From: Bacilli bacterium
Lineage (GTDB): Bacteria; Bacillota_I; Bacilli_A; RF39; UBA660
Reading direction: 5' to 3'
Assembly: GCA_017484205.1 (NCBI GenBank)
Contig: JAFUTO010000015.1
Coordinates: 1,836 to 65,835, forward strand
Length of the DNA: 64,000 nucleotides
Below the pieces are notes generated by a model. The model did not search any database and was not told the origin of the DNA. It saw only the letters and a list, made by a program, of their open reading frames with translations. Shown piece by piece: positions 19,071-30,367 of the stretch. The first letter of the stretch is position 1; each line of letters begins with the position of its first letter. Made by a program: the position numbers and the translations under genes.

Positions 19071-20657
19071 ATGGATAGAAAAATAATTACAATAACAATC
19101 TTTATATTTACACTTTTACTTTTATCTATTGCTATTGTATTTGGTCATAAACTTGAAAATAGGTTAAGTAGTATTCAAATTTCAAACACAAAGTGGAATG
19201 ATATTATATCAAGTAGGGAAGAATCTGAATATGATCTAATTGATGGTTTAAAATTCAATGGATATGATTTGTTTAAAGATAAAGTAAATAATAAATATTA
19301 TTATTCATTAGTTAAAAATGATAGAAACACATATAATCCAATGATACGTTATATTTCTTCTATTAATGGTTTAAGCATAGCCAGTATAAGTGAAATTACA
19401 GATATGGCAGTAGCTAATAATGAAGAATTACAACTAATTATTTATACAGATACAAAGTATCAAATAGTGAATGTCGTTTGTACATCATTACCAATAATGA
19501 GTATAAATTATAATGCTGCAGGTATAGATAATTCAGAAGCTATAGATATGAAGCTTAATTTGTTTGATAATAGGGAAGATATTAAAGAAAAAAATATAAG
19601 TATAAATGGTAAGATAAGATATAGAGGTGCGACATCTTTAACTTATCCTAAAAAATCTTATAGGATGTATATGGATGACAATATATCATTATTAGGTATG
19701 CGAGAAGATGATGATTGGATTTTATATTCTCCTTATAATGATAGTGAAAAAATTAGAAATGTTTTTGCGTCTAATTTATGGTATGAATGTTGTTCTAAAA
19801 GTAATGAATTTAATGTAAATAATGGATATGAATATAGATATATTGAATTAATAGTTAATGATGAATATTATGGGTTGTATGCATTAGGTTATCATGTTGA
19901 TGAAAAGCAGTTGGGTTTACTTAAAGACGCGAATGGTTATTATGACGAATATCTTTTTAAAAAACAAGGATGGAGTTATGATGAAACTGATGTAATTAAA
20001 TCTAATAATATTGATTCATACGAACTTAAGAATAATGTCTTAAATGAAAAAGAAGCATATGAAAAGCTTAAACAATATTATATTGATTTATTGTATCGCA
20101 ATGATATTAATCTTATAAAAGATCAAAATGATATAAAGAATTCAATAGATACATATTTATTTTTTAATTTTGTTCAGGGTGTAGATAATGTAGGTAATAC
20201 TTCAATAAGCAATATGTATATTACATTCAAAAAATATAATAATGGGTATAAAACAATATATACTCCATGGGATTTAGATCAAACATTTGGCAATGTATGG
20301 GATGAATCAAAAAAGAACTTAATAAGTCAATATAAAAATACTGTTGATTCAAATATAGTTATGGAAATTAATCCAATGTATATTATTTATAATTTAGGTG
20401 ATACTAATATAAGTGATATGGTTTTAAAACGTTATATGGAATTAAGAAATACATATTGGTCTTCAGAATCTTTAACTAAAATAATTAATGAATATGAAAA
20501 TCAAATATATAATTCAGGGGCATTTTTAAGAGATGAAATTAGATGGCCTGATGGTAATTATAATAAATCAGAAGAAAAGTTAAATAGATTCAAGAATTAT
20601 GTTCTAGAAAGATTAAAATATATGGATACATATATGGAAGAAACATTTAGTAAATAG
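19071..20657 (+). CDS. CotH-family atypical kinase-like protein
   Basis: 528 aa, N-terminal TM. CotH-like core (RYRGATSL..KKSYRMYMDD..WILYSPYND...). Confidence 0.6.
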   Translation: MDRKIITITIFIFTLLLLSIAIVFGHKLENRLSSIQISNTKWNDIISSREESEYDLIDGLKFNGYDLFKDKVNNKYYYSLVKNDRNTYNPMIRYISSINGLSIASISEITDMAVANNEELQLIIYTDTKYQIVNVVCTSLPIMSINYNAAGIDNSEAIDMKLNLFDNREDIKEKNISINGKIRYRGATSLTYPKKSYRMYMDDNISLLGMREDDDWILYSPYNDSEKIRNVFASNLWYECCSKSNEFNVNNGYEYRYIELIVNDEYYGLYALGYHVDEKQLGLLKDANGYYDEYLFKKQGWSYDETDVIKSNNIDSYELKNNVLNEKEAYEKLKQYYIDLLYRNDINLIKDQNDIKNSIDTYLFFNFVQGVDNVGNTSISNMYITFKKYNNGYKTIYTPWDLDQTFGNVWDESKKNLISQYKNTVDSNIVMEINPMYIIYNLGDTNISDMVLKRYMELRNTYWSSESLTKIINEYENQIYNSGAFLRDEIRWPDGNYNKSEEKLNRFKNYVLERLKYMDTYMEETFSK

Positions 20658-20746
20658 AAAATCTCTGTAAAGGATTTTCTTTTATTATATAAAATTGTTT
20701 AAAATGCGTTTAAAATATGGTACAATTAAAGAGTTAGAGGTGTGAT

Positions 20747-21481
20747 ATGAATAATAATGATGTGATTATAAGAGTAAGAAATATGACAAAAAATTTCAAA
20801 TTGTATTATGATAAACCTAACACTTTAAAAGAAAGATTAGTATTTTGGAATAAAAAGAGTGAAGAAAGAACGGTTTTAAAAAACATAAATCTAGATATAA
20901 AAAAAGGTGAAACTGTTGCTTTAATAGGTGTAAATGGTAGTGGTAAATCTACTTTACTTAAGCTAATGACAAAAATTATATATCCTACTAAAGGTAAAAT
21001 TACTATTAAAGGAAAACTTACATCATTACTGGAACTTGGTGCAGGTTTTCATCCTGATTTCACAGGTAGAGAAAATATATATTTTAACGCGTCTATCTTT
21101 GGATTAACAAAAAAAGAAATAAATAATAGATTAAATGATATTATTGAGTTCTCTGAGTTAGGCGAATTAATTGATAGTCCTGTTAGAACATATTCATCAG
21201 GTATGTATATGAGACTTGCTTTTTCGGTAGCAATTAATGTAGATGCTGAAATTTTGTTAATTGATGAAATATTAGCGGTTGGTGATCAACACTTTCAAGA
21301 TAAGTGTTTTGAAAAATTAGAAGAACTTAAAAATAGTGACAAGACTATTGTAATAGTAACACATGATTTAAATGCAGTAAAAAAATTATGTACAAGGGCT
21401 GTTTGGATAAATCAAGGTGAAGTAAGAATGGATGGTAATCCAAAAGAAGTTATTGAAGAGTATTTGAAGGTGTGTGATTAA
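20747..21481 (+). CDS. polysaccharide/teichoic-acid ABC exporter ATP-binding protein (TagH/RgpD-like)
   Basis: Walker A GVNGSGKST, ABC signature SSGMYMRL, Walker B LLIDE. Confidence 0.8.
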   Translation: MNNNDVIIRVRNMTKNFKLYYDKPNTLKERLVFWNKKSEERTVLKNINLDIKKGETVALIGVNGSGKSTLLKLMTKIIYPTKGKITIKGKLTSLLELGAGFHPDFTGRENIYFNASIFGLTKKEINNRLNDIIEFSELGELIDSPVRTYSSGMYMRLAFSVAINVDAEILLIDEILAVGDQHFQDKCFEKLEELKNSDKTIVIVTHDLNAVKKLCTRAVWINQGEVRMDGNPKEVIEEYLKVCD

Positions 21482-22247
21482 AATGTTTAAGGAATTATTT
21501 ACATATAGGGAACTATTAAAAACGAGTGTAAGTAAAGAAATAAGGGGAAAGTATAAAGGATCATTTTTAGGTGTATTATGGTCATTTGTAAATCCATTAT
21601 TACAAACAATTATTTATTCAATAGTTTTTTCAATCTTATTAAAAAATGATATGGAACATTATACTACATTTATAGTTATTGGTGTTTTATCATGGACTTG
21701 GTTTACAACATCAATATCAGGTGGAACTAATTGTATTATTGTAAATGGGGGAATTATTAAAAAAGTATATTTTCCTAGAGAAATATTACCTATATCAATA
21801 GTTACATCTGGTATGATAAATTATTTGATATCATGTTTAATTATTTTAATATTTTTAGCCGTAACAGGTATTGGATATAGTCTAAATATGTTATATTTAC
21901 CTTTAATTATGATTGTTCAATATGTATTACAATTAGGCATATTATTTATGACATCATCAGTAAATGCCTACATAAGAGATGCAGAGTATATTGTTAATTT
22001 TTTTGTTAATATGTTATTTTATGCAACACCAATATTATATGCATCTAGTATGTTTGGTAGATTTGCAAATATATTGAAATTAAATCCAATGACAACAATC
22101 ATAGATTCATATAGAAATATATTTTATTATCAAACTAGTCCAAATTTTACTTCATTAGCTATTGTTTTCATAGTAAGTTTATTAGTACTTGTATTGGGGT
22201 ATGCAATATTTAAAAAATTAGAAAAAGGATTTGCAGAGGAAGTGTAA
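21474..22247 (+). CDS. ABC-2 type exporter permease (TagG/RgpC-like)
   Basis: 6-TM ABC-2 permease. Overlaps the ATPase gene by 8 nt. Confidence 0.75.
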   Translation: MIKMFKELFTYRELLKTSVSKEIRGKYKGSFLGVLWSFVNPLLQTIIYSIVFSILLKNDMEHYTTFIVIGVLSWTWFTTSISGGTNCIIVNGGIIKKVYFPREILPISIVTSGMINYLISCLIILIFLAVTGIGYSLNMLYLPLIMIVQYVLQLGILFMTSSVNAYIRDAEYIVNFFVNMLFYATPILYASSMFGRFANILKLNPMTTIIDSYRNIFYYQTSPNFTSLAIVFIVSLLVLVLGYAIFKKLEKGFAEEV

Positions 22248-22248
22248 C

Positions 22249-23112
22249 ATGGAAAAAAAGTCAAAAAAAGAACTTAAAATAGCTGGTATTGTAACTTTAT
22301 ATAATCCGACAAATGAAGATATCAAAAATATTGATACATATATAGATGATATTGATAAATTATATGTAATTGATAACACTGAAGGTAAAGATAATAAAAG
22401 TAGACTTCCAAAAAATAAAAAAATAAAATATATCTTTAAAAATGAAAATGTAGGTGTAGCAACAGCTTTGAATATGGGTGCTCAAATGGCTATAGAAGAC
22501 CATTACGAATGGCTTTTAACTATGGATCAAGATACAACTTTTAAAAAGGGTGTCTTGGATAAAATGAAAGAAGTAGTTTTATCAAAAGATATGAAAAAAA
22601 TAGGCATAGTTACACCATGGCATCATACAAAATTACTTGATAAAAAACCAGAAACAGAGTTTGACGATCCTCATGATGTAATGACTTCAGGTAATTTACT
22701 TAATTTAAGTATTTGGAAAAAATTAGGAGGATTTAAAGATTGGTTTTTTATTGATGGTATTGATATAGAATACTGTATGAATTTACATAAAAATGGATAT
22801 CATATTTTAAGAATTAATACTATAGAAATAGATCATAATCTTGGCGATATTTTATATAGAAAATTAGCAGGTCGACTATTTTTATGTACTAATCACGCGC
22901 CAATAAGAAGATATTATATAATGAGAAATTATCATTATATAAAAGATATGTATGTAGACTATGATCCAGGATATTGTTATAGTTTAGTAAGACAAAGACA
23001 TAATATTATTGGTGTAATACTATATGAAAAAGAAAAAATTAAAAAATTTAATATGTATATGAGGGGTATGAAAGATTATAAAAAAGGAATCAAAGGGAAA
23101 TATCCTTATTAA
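22249..23112 (+). CDS. glycosyltransferase family 2
   Basis: GT-A fold with DxD-type motifs (YVIDN, WLLTMDQD). GAGGA RBS before the ATG at 22249. Confidence 0.7.
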   Translation: MEKKSKKELKIAGIVTLYNPTNEDIKNIDTYIDDIDKLYVIDNTEGKDNKSRLPKNKKIKYIFKNENVGVATALNMGAQMAIEDHYEWLLTMDQDTTFKKGVLDKMKEVVLSKDMKKIGIVTPWHHTKLLDKKPETEFDDPHDVMTSGNLLNLSIWKKLGGFKDWFFIDGIDIEYCMNLHKNGYHILRINTIEIDHNLGDILYRKLAGRLFLCTNHAPIRRYYIMRNYHYIKDMYVDYDPGYCYSLVRQRHNIIGVILYEKEKIKKFNMYMRGMKDYKKGIKGKYPY

Positions 23113-23169
23113 AAAATAATTATTTTTCCCTTTATTTATGCATAGTATATAGATATGTGGAGGCAAAAT

Positions 23170-25356
23170 ATGAATAAAGCAAGAATCAGAGAATTAATGG
23201 GAAAGACAAAATCAACATTAAAAAATGAGGGCGTAGTAAGTCTTACGAAGAAAACATTGAAGTTTACTGGTTACAAAGTAGCTTCTATGAATAGTAAATA
23301 TGATAGAGGATTTAAAGATATATTGTTTATAAATGGGTGTAGTTTGCCTCATCCTCAAAGATATAGAGTAACTCATCAAATGGAACAATTAGAAGCTTAT
23401 GGTGTAAGCTGTGATAAAGTAGATTATGATAAATTGACATTAGATTATTTAAAAAGATATAGAGGGTTTGTGTTTTATAGATGCCCTGTTTTGCCAATAA
23501 TAGAAGAGTTTATAAAACTAGCAAAAGAAAATAATAAGACATGTTTTTATGATATAGATGACCTTGTTTATGATACAAAATATACAGACACTATAAAATA
23601 TTTAGATGAGATGAGTAAAGAAGAAAGAGAACTATATGACGATGGAGTAAGAAGAATGGGCCGTACTCTTGATTTATGTGAATATGGAATTACAACTACT
23701 AAAAGATTACAAAATGAAATGAGTAAAAGACTAAAAGAAGTTTATATTAATAGAAATGTAATGTCAGATGAAATGCTTAAGTATTCTATGATGGCATTAA
23801 AAAATGTTCAAAAAGATGAAAATAAAATAGTTATGGGCTATTTATCAGGAAGTATAACGCATAATGATGATTTCAAATTAATAATGCCTGATATAGTAAA
23901 AATATTAAAGGAATATAATAATGTGTATTTACAAATAGTTGGTCTTTTAGATTTACCAAAAGAAATGGAAGAAGTAAAAGATAAGGTACTTACATCTCCA
24001 TTTATAGATTATAGAGAATTGCCAAGACTTATAAGGTCAATTGATATTAATCTAGCTCCATTAGAAACTAGTGTGTTTAATGAAGCTAAATCAGAAAACA
24101 AATGGACAGAAGCAGCTTTGGTAAAGATTCCTACAATAGCTTCCAATACAGGTGCCTTTAAAGAAATAATCAAAAATGGAGAAACAGGTATTTTATGTAA
24201 TGACAATGAATGGTATAAAAATTTAAAAAAGTTAATTGATAATAAGAAACTTCGCGAAGAAATAGCTAATAATGCTTATGAAGATGTTATTAATAGTAAA
24301 TTAACTATCAATAGTGGAAAAGGTATAGCAGATTTTATAAAAAGTAAACTTAGAAAAAATGTTGTATTTGTATTGCCATCAACTAATATAAGTGGTGGAG
24401 TTACGGTTGCAATTAAACATGGCATGATATTGAAAAAGTATGGCTATGATGTAACTGCTATAAATATTAATAAAGAAACTAGAAAAGTAGATACTATAAA
24501 AGAAGGTAATGACTATTTATATGTTGTGCCAAAAAAGAAGACAGAATTTTTACAAGAAGTGGATACAATAGTTGCGACGATGTGGTTAACTTTAAAATTT
24601 GCGCGTAAATACTATAATGCTAAGAAAATTAAGTATCTAGTTCAAAATATGGAAACTCAGTTTTACAAACCAAGTGTTTATGAGAGAAAGTCTGCTAATG
24701 CTACTTATAATAATGTATTAGGTATAGAATATATAACTATATCTAAATGGTGCCAAGAATGGTTGAAAACTAATTTTAAAACAGAATCAAAATATGCTCC
24801 TAATGGCATTGATTTGAGTTTATTTCCATATAAAAAGCGTAACTTTAAGGGAAAGATTAAAATATTAATTGAAGGAAATAGTAAAGATTATTATAAAAAT
24901 GTGGATGAATCATTTAAAATAGTTGAAAAACTTGATAAATCCAAATATGAGATAAGTTATTTATCATATGAGAAAGAGCCAAAGAAATGGTATTATGTAG
25001 ATAAATTTTATCATAAACTTCCTCATGATGAGGTTGGAAAACTTTATCAAGAGTGTGATATATTAATTAAAACGAGTATTTTAGAAAGTTTTTCATATCC
25101 TCCTCTTGAGATGATGGCGACTGGAGGAATATCTTTAGTAGTACCAAATGGTGGTAATATAGAATATTTAAAAGATAATTATAATTGCGTATTCTATGAA
25201 CAAGGTAATATTGAAGAAGCAGTAGAAAAGATAAATGAAATAGTAAAGAATAAAGAATTAAGAGAAACTCTAATTAAGAATGGTTTAGAAACTGCAAAAA
25301 GTAGAGATTGGAGTAATATTGAGAAAGATATATTAAATTTATATATTGATGATTAA
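23170..25356 (+). CDS. large tandem glycosyltransferase (two GT4-like modules)
   Basis: GGAGG RBS before the ATG at 23170. Two GT-B C-terminal-type signatures (IPTIASNTGAFKEII.NGETG and ESFSYPPLEMMATGGISLV). Confidence 0.55.
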   Translation: MNKARIRELMGKTKSTLKNEGVVSLTKKTLKFTGYKVASMNSKYDRGFKDILFINGCSLPHPQRYRVTHQMEQLEAYGVSCDKVDYDKLTLDYLKRYRGFVFYRCPVLPIIEEFIKLAKENNKTCFYDIDDLVYDTKYTDTIKYLDEMSKEERELYDDGVRRMGRTLDLCEYGITTTKRLQNEMSKRLKEVYINRNVMSDEMLKYSMMALKNVQKDENKIVMGYLSGSITHNDDFKLIMPDIVKILKEYNNVYLQIVGLLDLPKEMEEVKDKVLTSPFIDYRELPRLIRSIDINLAPLETSVFNEAKSENKWTEAALVKIPTIASNTGAFKEIIKNGETGILCNDNEWYKNLKKLIDNKKLREEIANNAYEDVINSKLTINSGKGIADFIKSKLRKNVVFVLPSTNISGGVTVAIKHGMILKKYGYDVTAININKETRKVDTIKEGNDYLYVVPKKKTEFLQEVDTIVATMWLTLKFARKYYNAKKIKYLVQNMETQFYKPSVYERKSANATYNNVLGIEYITISKWCQEWLKTNFKTESKYAPNGIDLSLFPYKKRNFKGKIKILIEGNSKDYYKNVDESFKIVEKLDKSKYEISYLSYEKEPKKWYYVDKFYHKLPHDEVGKLYQECDILIKTSILESFSYPPLEMMATGGISLVVPNGGNIEYLKDNYNCVFYEQGNIEEAVEKINEIVKNKELRETLIKNGLETAKSRDWSNIEKDILNLYIDD

Positions 25357-25384
25357 GATGTTTAATAATATTAAGGAGTAATTT

Positions 25385-27475
25385 ATGAAGAAAAAACACA
25401 TAACTATTTTTGTTATATTAATGTTAATAACAATTCTAATAATAGGTGTCAGTGCATTAAAAAAGTTTCCTTATCCTAAAAAATATATTTATAATCAATT
25501 TGGTAAAGTTATAGGATATATAAATGAAGATAGTACTTTTACACAAAAATTTGAATCAAAATTAGATTATTTAGATGGTATTTCTATAAAGTATGCCAAT
25601 TATACTGAAGAAATAACTTCAGGTACTATGTTAGTTCATATATATGATGATACTAATAAACTTATATATTTAAATCAATTTGATTTGTCAAAGATATTAG
25701 ATAATGAAACAGTACGTTTTAATTTTGATATTCAAAAAAATGCTGCTGGTAAAACATATACATTAGATTTAGAATTAAAAGATTTGGATGCAGAAAAAAA
25801 TATTACTTTTTATGGGGATGAAGAGGGAGAAAAGTTTTCATCAACTGGAGAAAATGATATATCTGGGTCAATTGCTATAGGTCAGTATGGCCAAAAGAAA
25901 GGATATTTTTATACTATAATATTTGCCATGATATTTATGCTTGAGATATGTGCATTTATATTTATGTGGTATAAAAATAAAAAATATGTTATAAAAAATA
26001 AAAAACTAAACAATGTAATAATTGCAATTTCATCTTTATTATTTAGTTTATTATTTTTAAATACTATTACTAATTACTATTATGCAGGTAGAATATCTTA
26101 TATAAGCGCTATTTTATGTTTTCCATTATTTGTATTGATTGTTAGAAATTTTGCTATTAATGTTTGCTATGGTAAACCAGAAGATGTATTTTTAGCGTTG
26201 GCCATTCCATTAGGAACGTTGTATTGTATTACATTAGTTCCAGGAATAATTCCTGATGAACCATATCACTATAATGAAATTTTTCAATTTTTAAATGGTA
26301 ATTTCTTGAAAACTAAATTTGAAGTGTATGATATACCAATTATAAGTAGTTACAATGTAGCTAAACAAGCAATTTTAAGTGAAAACTTTTTGCCACTTAG
26401 ATTTGTTGAATATAGGGTAGGTGGATATTCATATTTACTATATCTTCCAGCTACTATTGGTGTATTTGTAGGTAGAATATTTAATTTAACAACATTAACT
26501 ACTTTGTATTTTGGTTGTTACTTTAATCTTGTTTTATTCTTAGTAACGGGTTACTTTACAGTTAAATATATGCCATTTTGTAAAAAATTAGCAATTGTAT
26601 ATTTATTGAATCCAATGAATCTTCATCAGGTTACATCTTTATCATGTGATGCAGTGATTATAACTACATGTTTATTGTTTATAGCATATGTTTTACATAT
26701 TAAATATGACAAAGATAAAGTTGATATCAAGGATACTATAATTCTATCTGTGTTATCAATATTTGTAATAGTTAGTAAAAATGCATATTTTCCATTAATA
26801 TTAATGCTGATATTAATTAAAGATAAATTCAAAATAAATAATAAGATAAATAAAAAGACATTAATGCCGATACTAGGATGCATTTTATTAGCTATTTGTA
26901 TTTCAACTTTTATAAGATTCTTTGCATCCGGTAGTGATGAACTTGTTGTAGACGAACTTATAAATGGTATGACATTGCCTCAATCGAATATTTCAAAAAT
27001 TAGCTATTTACTTTCTAATCCTTTAAATGTAATTTATTTGGTATTAACTACTTTATATGTTCATTTACCATTTTATGTAACTACATTTGCTGGTAATAGT
27101 TTAGGTTGGTTCAGCATAGGTGTTCCAATATATGTTACTATAGCTTATTATGTTCTATTATTTTTATCTATATTTATGGATAAAGAAAAGTATGAGATTC
27201 AATTAAAAGATAAAATAATTATTTTATTAATATGGTTGCTTAATGTAGCAGTAATCTTTGGAGGACTATATATAAGTTGGGGATATGCAAGGGATATAAT
27301 AGTTGAAGGAGTACAAGGAAGATATTTTATTCCGATTAATTTATTAATTTTATTGATTATTTATAATAAGAAAAGTATATTAAGTTTCAAAAATAATACT
27401 TTGATTATATCATTATTAATGTTATTAATAAATTTATTAACAATTGGTCGTATTATATATTATTTTATTGGATAA
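25385..27475 (+). CDS. large polytopic membrane protein, putative polysaccharide polymerase/GT-C-like (DUF2142-like)
   Basis: AAGGAG RBS. N-terminal TM, then a ~150-aa extracytoplasmic domain, then at least 12 TM helices. Confidence 0.45.
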   Translation: MKKKHITIFVILMLITILIIGVSALKKFPYPKKYIYNQFGKVIGYINEDSTFTQKFESKLDYLDGISIKYANYTEEITSGTMLVHIYDDTNKLIYLNQFDLSKILDNETVRFNFDIQKNAAGKTYTLDLELKDLDAEKNITFYGDEEGEKFSSTGENDISGSIAIGQYGQKKGYFYTIIFAMIFMLEICAFIFMWYKNKKYVIKNKKLNNVIIAISSLLFSLLFLNTITNYYYAGRISYISAILCFPLFVLIVRNFAINVCYGKPEDVFLALAIPLGTLYCITLVPGIIPDEPYHYNEIFQFLNGNFLKTKFEVYDIPIISSYNVAKQAILSENFLPLRFVEYRVGGYSYLLYLPATIGVFVGRIFNLTTLTTLYFGCYFNLVLFLVTGYFTVKYMPFCKKLAIVYLLNPMNLHQVTSLSCDAVIITTCLLFIAYVLHIKYDKDKVDIKDTIILSVLSIFVIVSKNAYFPLILMLILIKDKFKINNKINKKTLMPILGCILLAICISTFIRFFASGSDELVVDELINGMTLPQSNISKISYLLSNPLNVIYLVLTTLYVHLPFYVTTFAGNSLGWFSIGVPIYVTIAYYVLLFLSIFMDKEKYEIQLKDKIIILLIWLLNVAVIFGGLYISWGYARDIIVEGVQGRYFIPINLLILLIIYNKKSILSFKNNTLIISLLMLLINLLTIGRIIYYFIG

Positions 27476-27485
27476 TTGTTAGTTA

Positions 27486-27508
27486 AAAGGTATTTTATAC
27501 CTTTTTTT
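27486..27508 (+). terminator. rho-independent terminator inside the glycan locus
   Basis: Stem aaaggtat/atacctttt followed by a T-run. Confidence 0.45.
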
Positions 27509-27554
27509 AATTAGTGTAATTTGTTATAATGGATATAGATATGGAAGTGAAAAA

Positions 27555-28502
27555 ATGGCTAAAGATAAGATTAGTGTAATTGTTTCATGCTATAATGAAC
27601 AAGATTCTATTCCACTATTTTATGGTGAAATAGATAAAATATCCAAAGAAATGAGTAAAGTAGATTTTGAGTTTCTATTTATAAATGATGGAAGTATAGA
27701 TAATACTTTAAAACTTGTAAAAGAACTATCTCAAAAAGATAAAAGAGTTAAATATATATCATTTTCTAGAAATTTTGGTAAAGAAGCAGCAATGCTTGCA
27801 GGTTTAGAACATGCTACAGGTGATTATATAACACTTATGGATGCAGATCTACAAGATCCCCCTGAATTATTGCCTGAAATGTATCGTATTATTAAAGAAG
27901 ATAATTATGATCAAGTAGGTACTAGAAGAGTGTCTAGAAGAGGAGAACCATTAATTAGAAGTTTTTTTGCTAGAAAATTTTACAAGATAATTAATAAAAT
28001 GTCTAAGATAGAGATGGTTGATGGTGCTAGAGACTATAGACTAATGAAGAGAAAAGTAGTGGATGCTATAATATCATTATCTGAATATAATAGATATTCT
28101 AAGGGATTATTTAGTTTTGTTGGTTTTAAAACAAAATGGTTAGAATATGAGAATGTTGAAAGAGTAGCAGGAGAAACAAAATGGAGTTTTTGGAAATTAT
28201 TTAAATATGCTATAGAAGGAATTGTTGCCTTTTCAACAGCACCTTTATCAATTGCAACTGTATTTGGACTTATAATGTGTATGATTGCATTTGTAGCTAT
28301 TGTGTTTATAATTGTAAAAACATTAATATATGGTGATCCTGTTAGTGGTTGGCCAAGTATAGCTTGTATAATATTATTTGTAAGTGGCGTTCAATTATTC
28401 TGTATGGGTATAATAGGTATGTATTTGTCTAAAACTTATTTAGAAGTAAAGAAAAGACCTATATATATAATAAGTGAGAGTACAGGCGACAAAAATGAAT
28501 AA
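27555..28502 (+). CDS. undecaprenyl-phosphate glycosyltransferase (GtrB/CsbB family GT2)
   Basis: GT2 catalytic domain (VIVSCYNE, DAD) with two C-terminal TM helices, the GtrB/CsbB architecture. Confidence 0.75.
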   Translation: MAKDKISVIVSCYNEQDSIPLFYGEIDKISKEMSKVDFEFLFINDGSIDNTLKLVKELSQKDKRVKYISFSRNFGKEAAMLAGLEHATGDYITLMDADLQDPPELLPEMYRIIKEDNYDQVGTRRVSRRGEPLIRSFFARKFYKIINKMSKIEMVDGARDYRLMKRKVVDAIISLSEYNRYSKGLFSFVGFKTKWLEYENVERVAGETKWSFWKLFKYAIEGIVAFSTAPLSIATVFGLIMCMIAFVAIVFIIVKTLIYGDPVSGWPSIACIILFVSGVQLFCMGIIGMYLSKTYLEVKKRPIYIISESTGDKNE

Positions 28503-30288
28503 AATTATAAAAAATATATTACTATTTATATTAAGTTATTTTACTTTGACTAGTGTTATATATATTGGTGATTTAGAAAACAATAAATTTGCATATATAA
28601 TTCTATTTATAATATTTATATTGTTTATATTCTTATTTAGAAAGTTTTTAAATTTGAATATTTTGAAAAAAGATAAAAATCTATTTATATTATTTATGCT
28701 ATTTAGTATATTTGTAGCAATTACATTTGTGATAGGGTATAATTTAACAAAATATGATGACTCATATATAAATAGATTTATTACGTATTACCATATCTTT
28801 AATATAAGTAATTTAGCTTATGCATTATTGAACTTAATTTATGAAAAAAAGAAATATTTAAACATATTAGAAAATAAAAATGTAGAATGGATAAATAAAA
28901 TTTTATTTGAAAAACACACTTTTATCAAAGTTATGATTTTAATTTTAGTAGCATGGATACCGATTTTATTAGCATTTTATCCAGGTATATTTAGTTATGA
29001 TTCATCTGCCCAAATAAAAGAATATTTTACTAATAATTTAAGCAACGCTAATCCATTAATTCACACTTTAATTATAGGCAAATTTTTATTTATAGGGCAT
29101 GATATATTTAAATCATATAATATAGGTGTATTAATATATAGTATATTTCAAATGCTAGTATTATCATCAACATTGTCATATGTTATTACATATATAAATA
29201 AACGAAAATTACCTTTTATATATAAGATGATATGTCTACTTATATTTATGTTTCTACCAACACATAGCGTAATGTCATTGGTTGCTACAAAAGATATTAT
29301 TTTTTCTTGTTTAGTTGTATTAACTTCAGTTATGGTTTATGATATGATTATTTACCAAAATGAATTTTTCGGAAAATATAAAATAAGGAATATAGTTTTA
29401 TATATTATTTGCGCTACTTTAATGATGATGTTTAAACATAATGGATTATATGGGTATGTGTTTATGGGAATCTTTTTAATTGTTTTGTTAAGAAAAAGAT
29501 TGCTTTTAGTACTTATTTGTTTCGTAGTTCCAATTATTATCTATTTAGGTTACATAAAGGGAATAAATAATTATGTGTTATCAAGTAGCGATTCAATTAG
29601 TACATCAACTGCTAGCGCGACATTATTTGTTCCGGTACAACAATTATCAAGGGTATATAATTATGCTCCTTTAACTGTAGATGAACAAGAAGAACTAGCG
29701 TATTTTGGTAGAGAAAATGGTCTAAGTATCTATGAAGTTAGAAAGTCAGATGGAGCATTATTTAATTTTAATATGCGCAAAGTTAACGAAAATAAGATTT
29801 TATTTGTTAAAACATATTTCAAATATTTAGGAAAATACCCTAAATTATATATAGATGCTTTTTTACAAAATATTTTAGGATTTTTCTATATAGATGATAT
29901 ATTGCCCGATAATACTACTTATAGGACTTATATAGAAATAAGAAGTAGAGATGATTATAATAATACAAATGATGAAATTAAGTTTGAAAGCAAACTACCT
30001 AGTATATACACCAAATATTATAATATGCTAGAAGAAGGAGAGTATCAGTATTATCCAATATTACATCTTTTGATGTCTAATGCTTTTTATAATATATTAA
30101 TGATATTCGTTATTTGCTTACTTTTATTAAGAAAACAATATAAAGAAATGGTACCTTATATGTTATTAGTAGGTATAATGATTACCTATATATTAGGACC
30201 AGTCGCCTTGCTAAGATATTGTTATTATTTATATATCATTTTTCCTATTATGATATTATCATTATATAGTGTAAGAAAAAAATACTAA
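28495..30288 (+). CDS. polytopic membrane protein, putative GT-C glycosyltransferase partner of GtrB
   Basis: ~600 aa with many TM helices. ATG at 28495 overlaps the GtrB stop (ATGAATAA). Confidence 0.45.
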   Translation: MNKIIKNILLFILSYFTLTSVIYIGDLENNKFAYIILFIIFILFIFLFRKFLNLNILKKDKNLFILFMLFSIFVAITFVIGYNLTKYDDSYINRFITYYHIFNISNLAYALLNLIYEKKKYLNILENKNVEWINKILFEKHTFIKVMILILVAWIPILLAFYPGIFSYDSSAQIKEYFTNNLSNANPLIHTLIIGKFLFIGHDIFKSYNIGVLIYSIFQMLVLSSTLSYVITYINKRKLPFIYKMICLLIFMFLPTHSVMSLVATKDIIFSCLVVLTSVMVYDMIIYQNEFFGKYKIRNIVLYIICATLMMMFKHNGLYGYVFMGIFLIVLLRKRLLLVLICFVVPIIIYLGYIKGINNYVLSSSDSISTSTASATLFVPVQQLSRVYNYAPLTVDEQEELAYFGRENGLSIYEVRKSDGALFNFNMRKVNENKILFVKTYFKYLGKYPKLYIDAFLQNILGFFYIDDILPDNTTYRTYIEIRSRDDYNNTNDEIKFESKLPSIYTKYYNMLEEGEYQYYPILHLLMSNAFYNILMIFVICLLLLRKQYKEMVPYMLLVGIMITYILGPVALLRYCYYLYIIFPIMILSLYSVRKKY

Positions 30289-30367
30289 TTTTAATTAGTA
30301 TTTTTAATTACTAATTAATTTACTTACGTAGTTAAAAATGTTATAATTATAAAGAATGGTGATGGGT

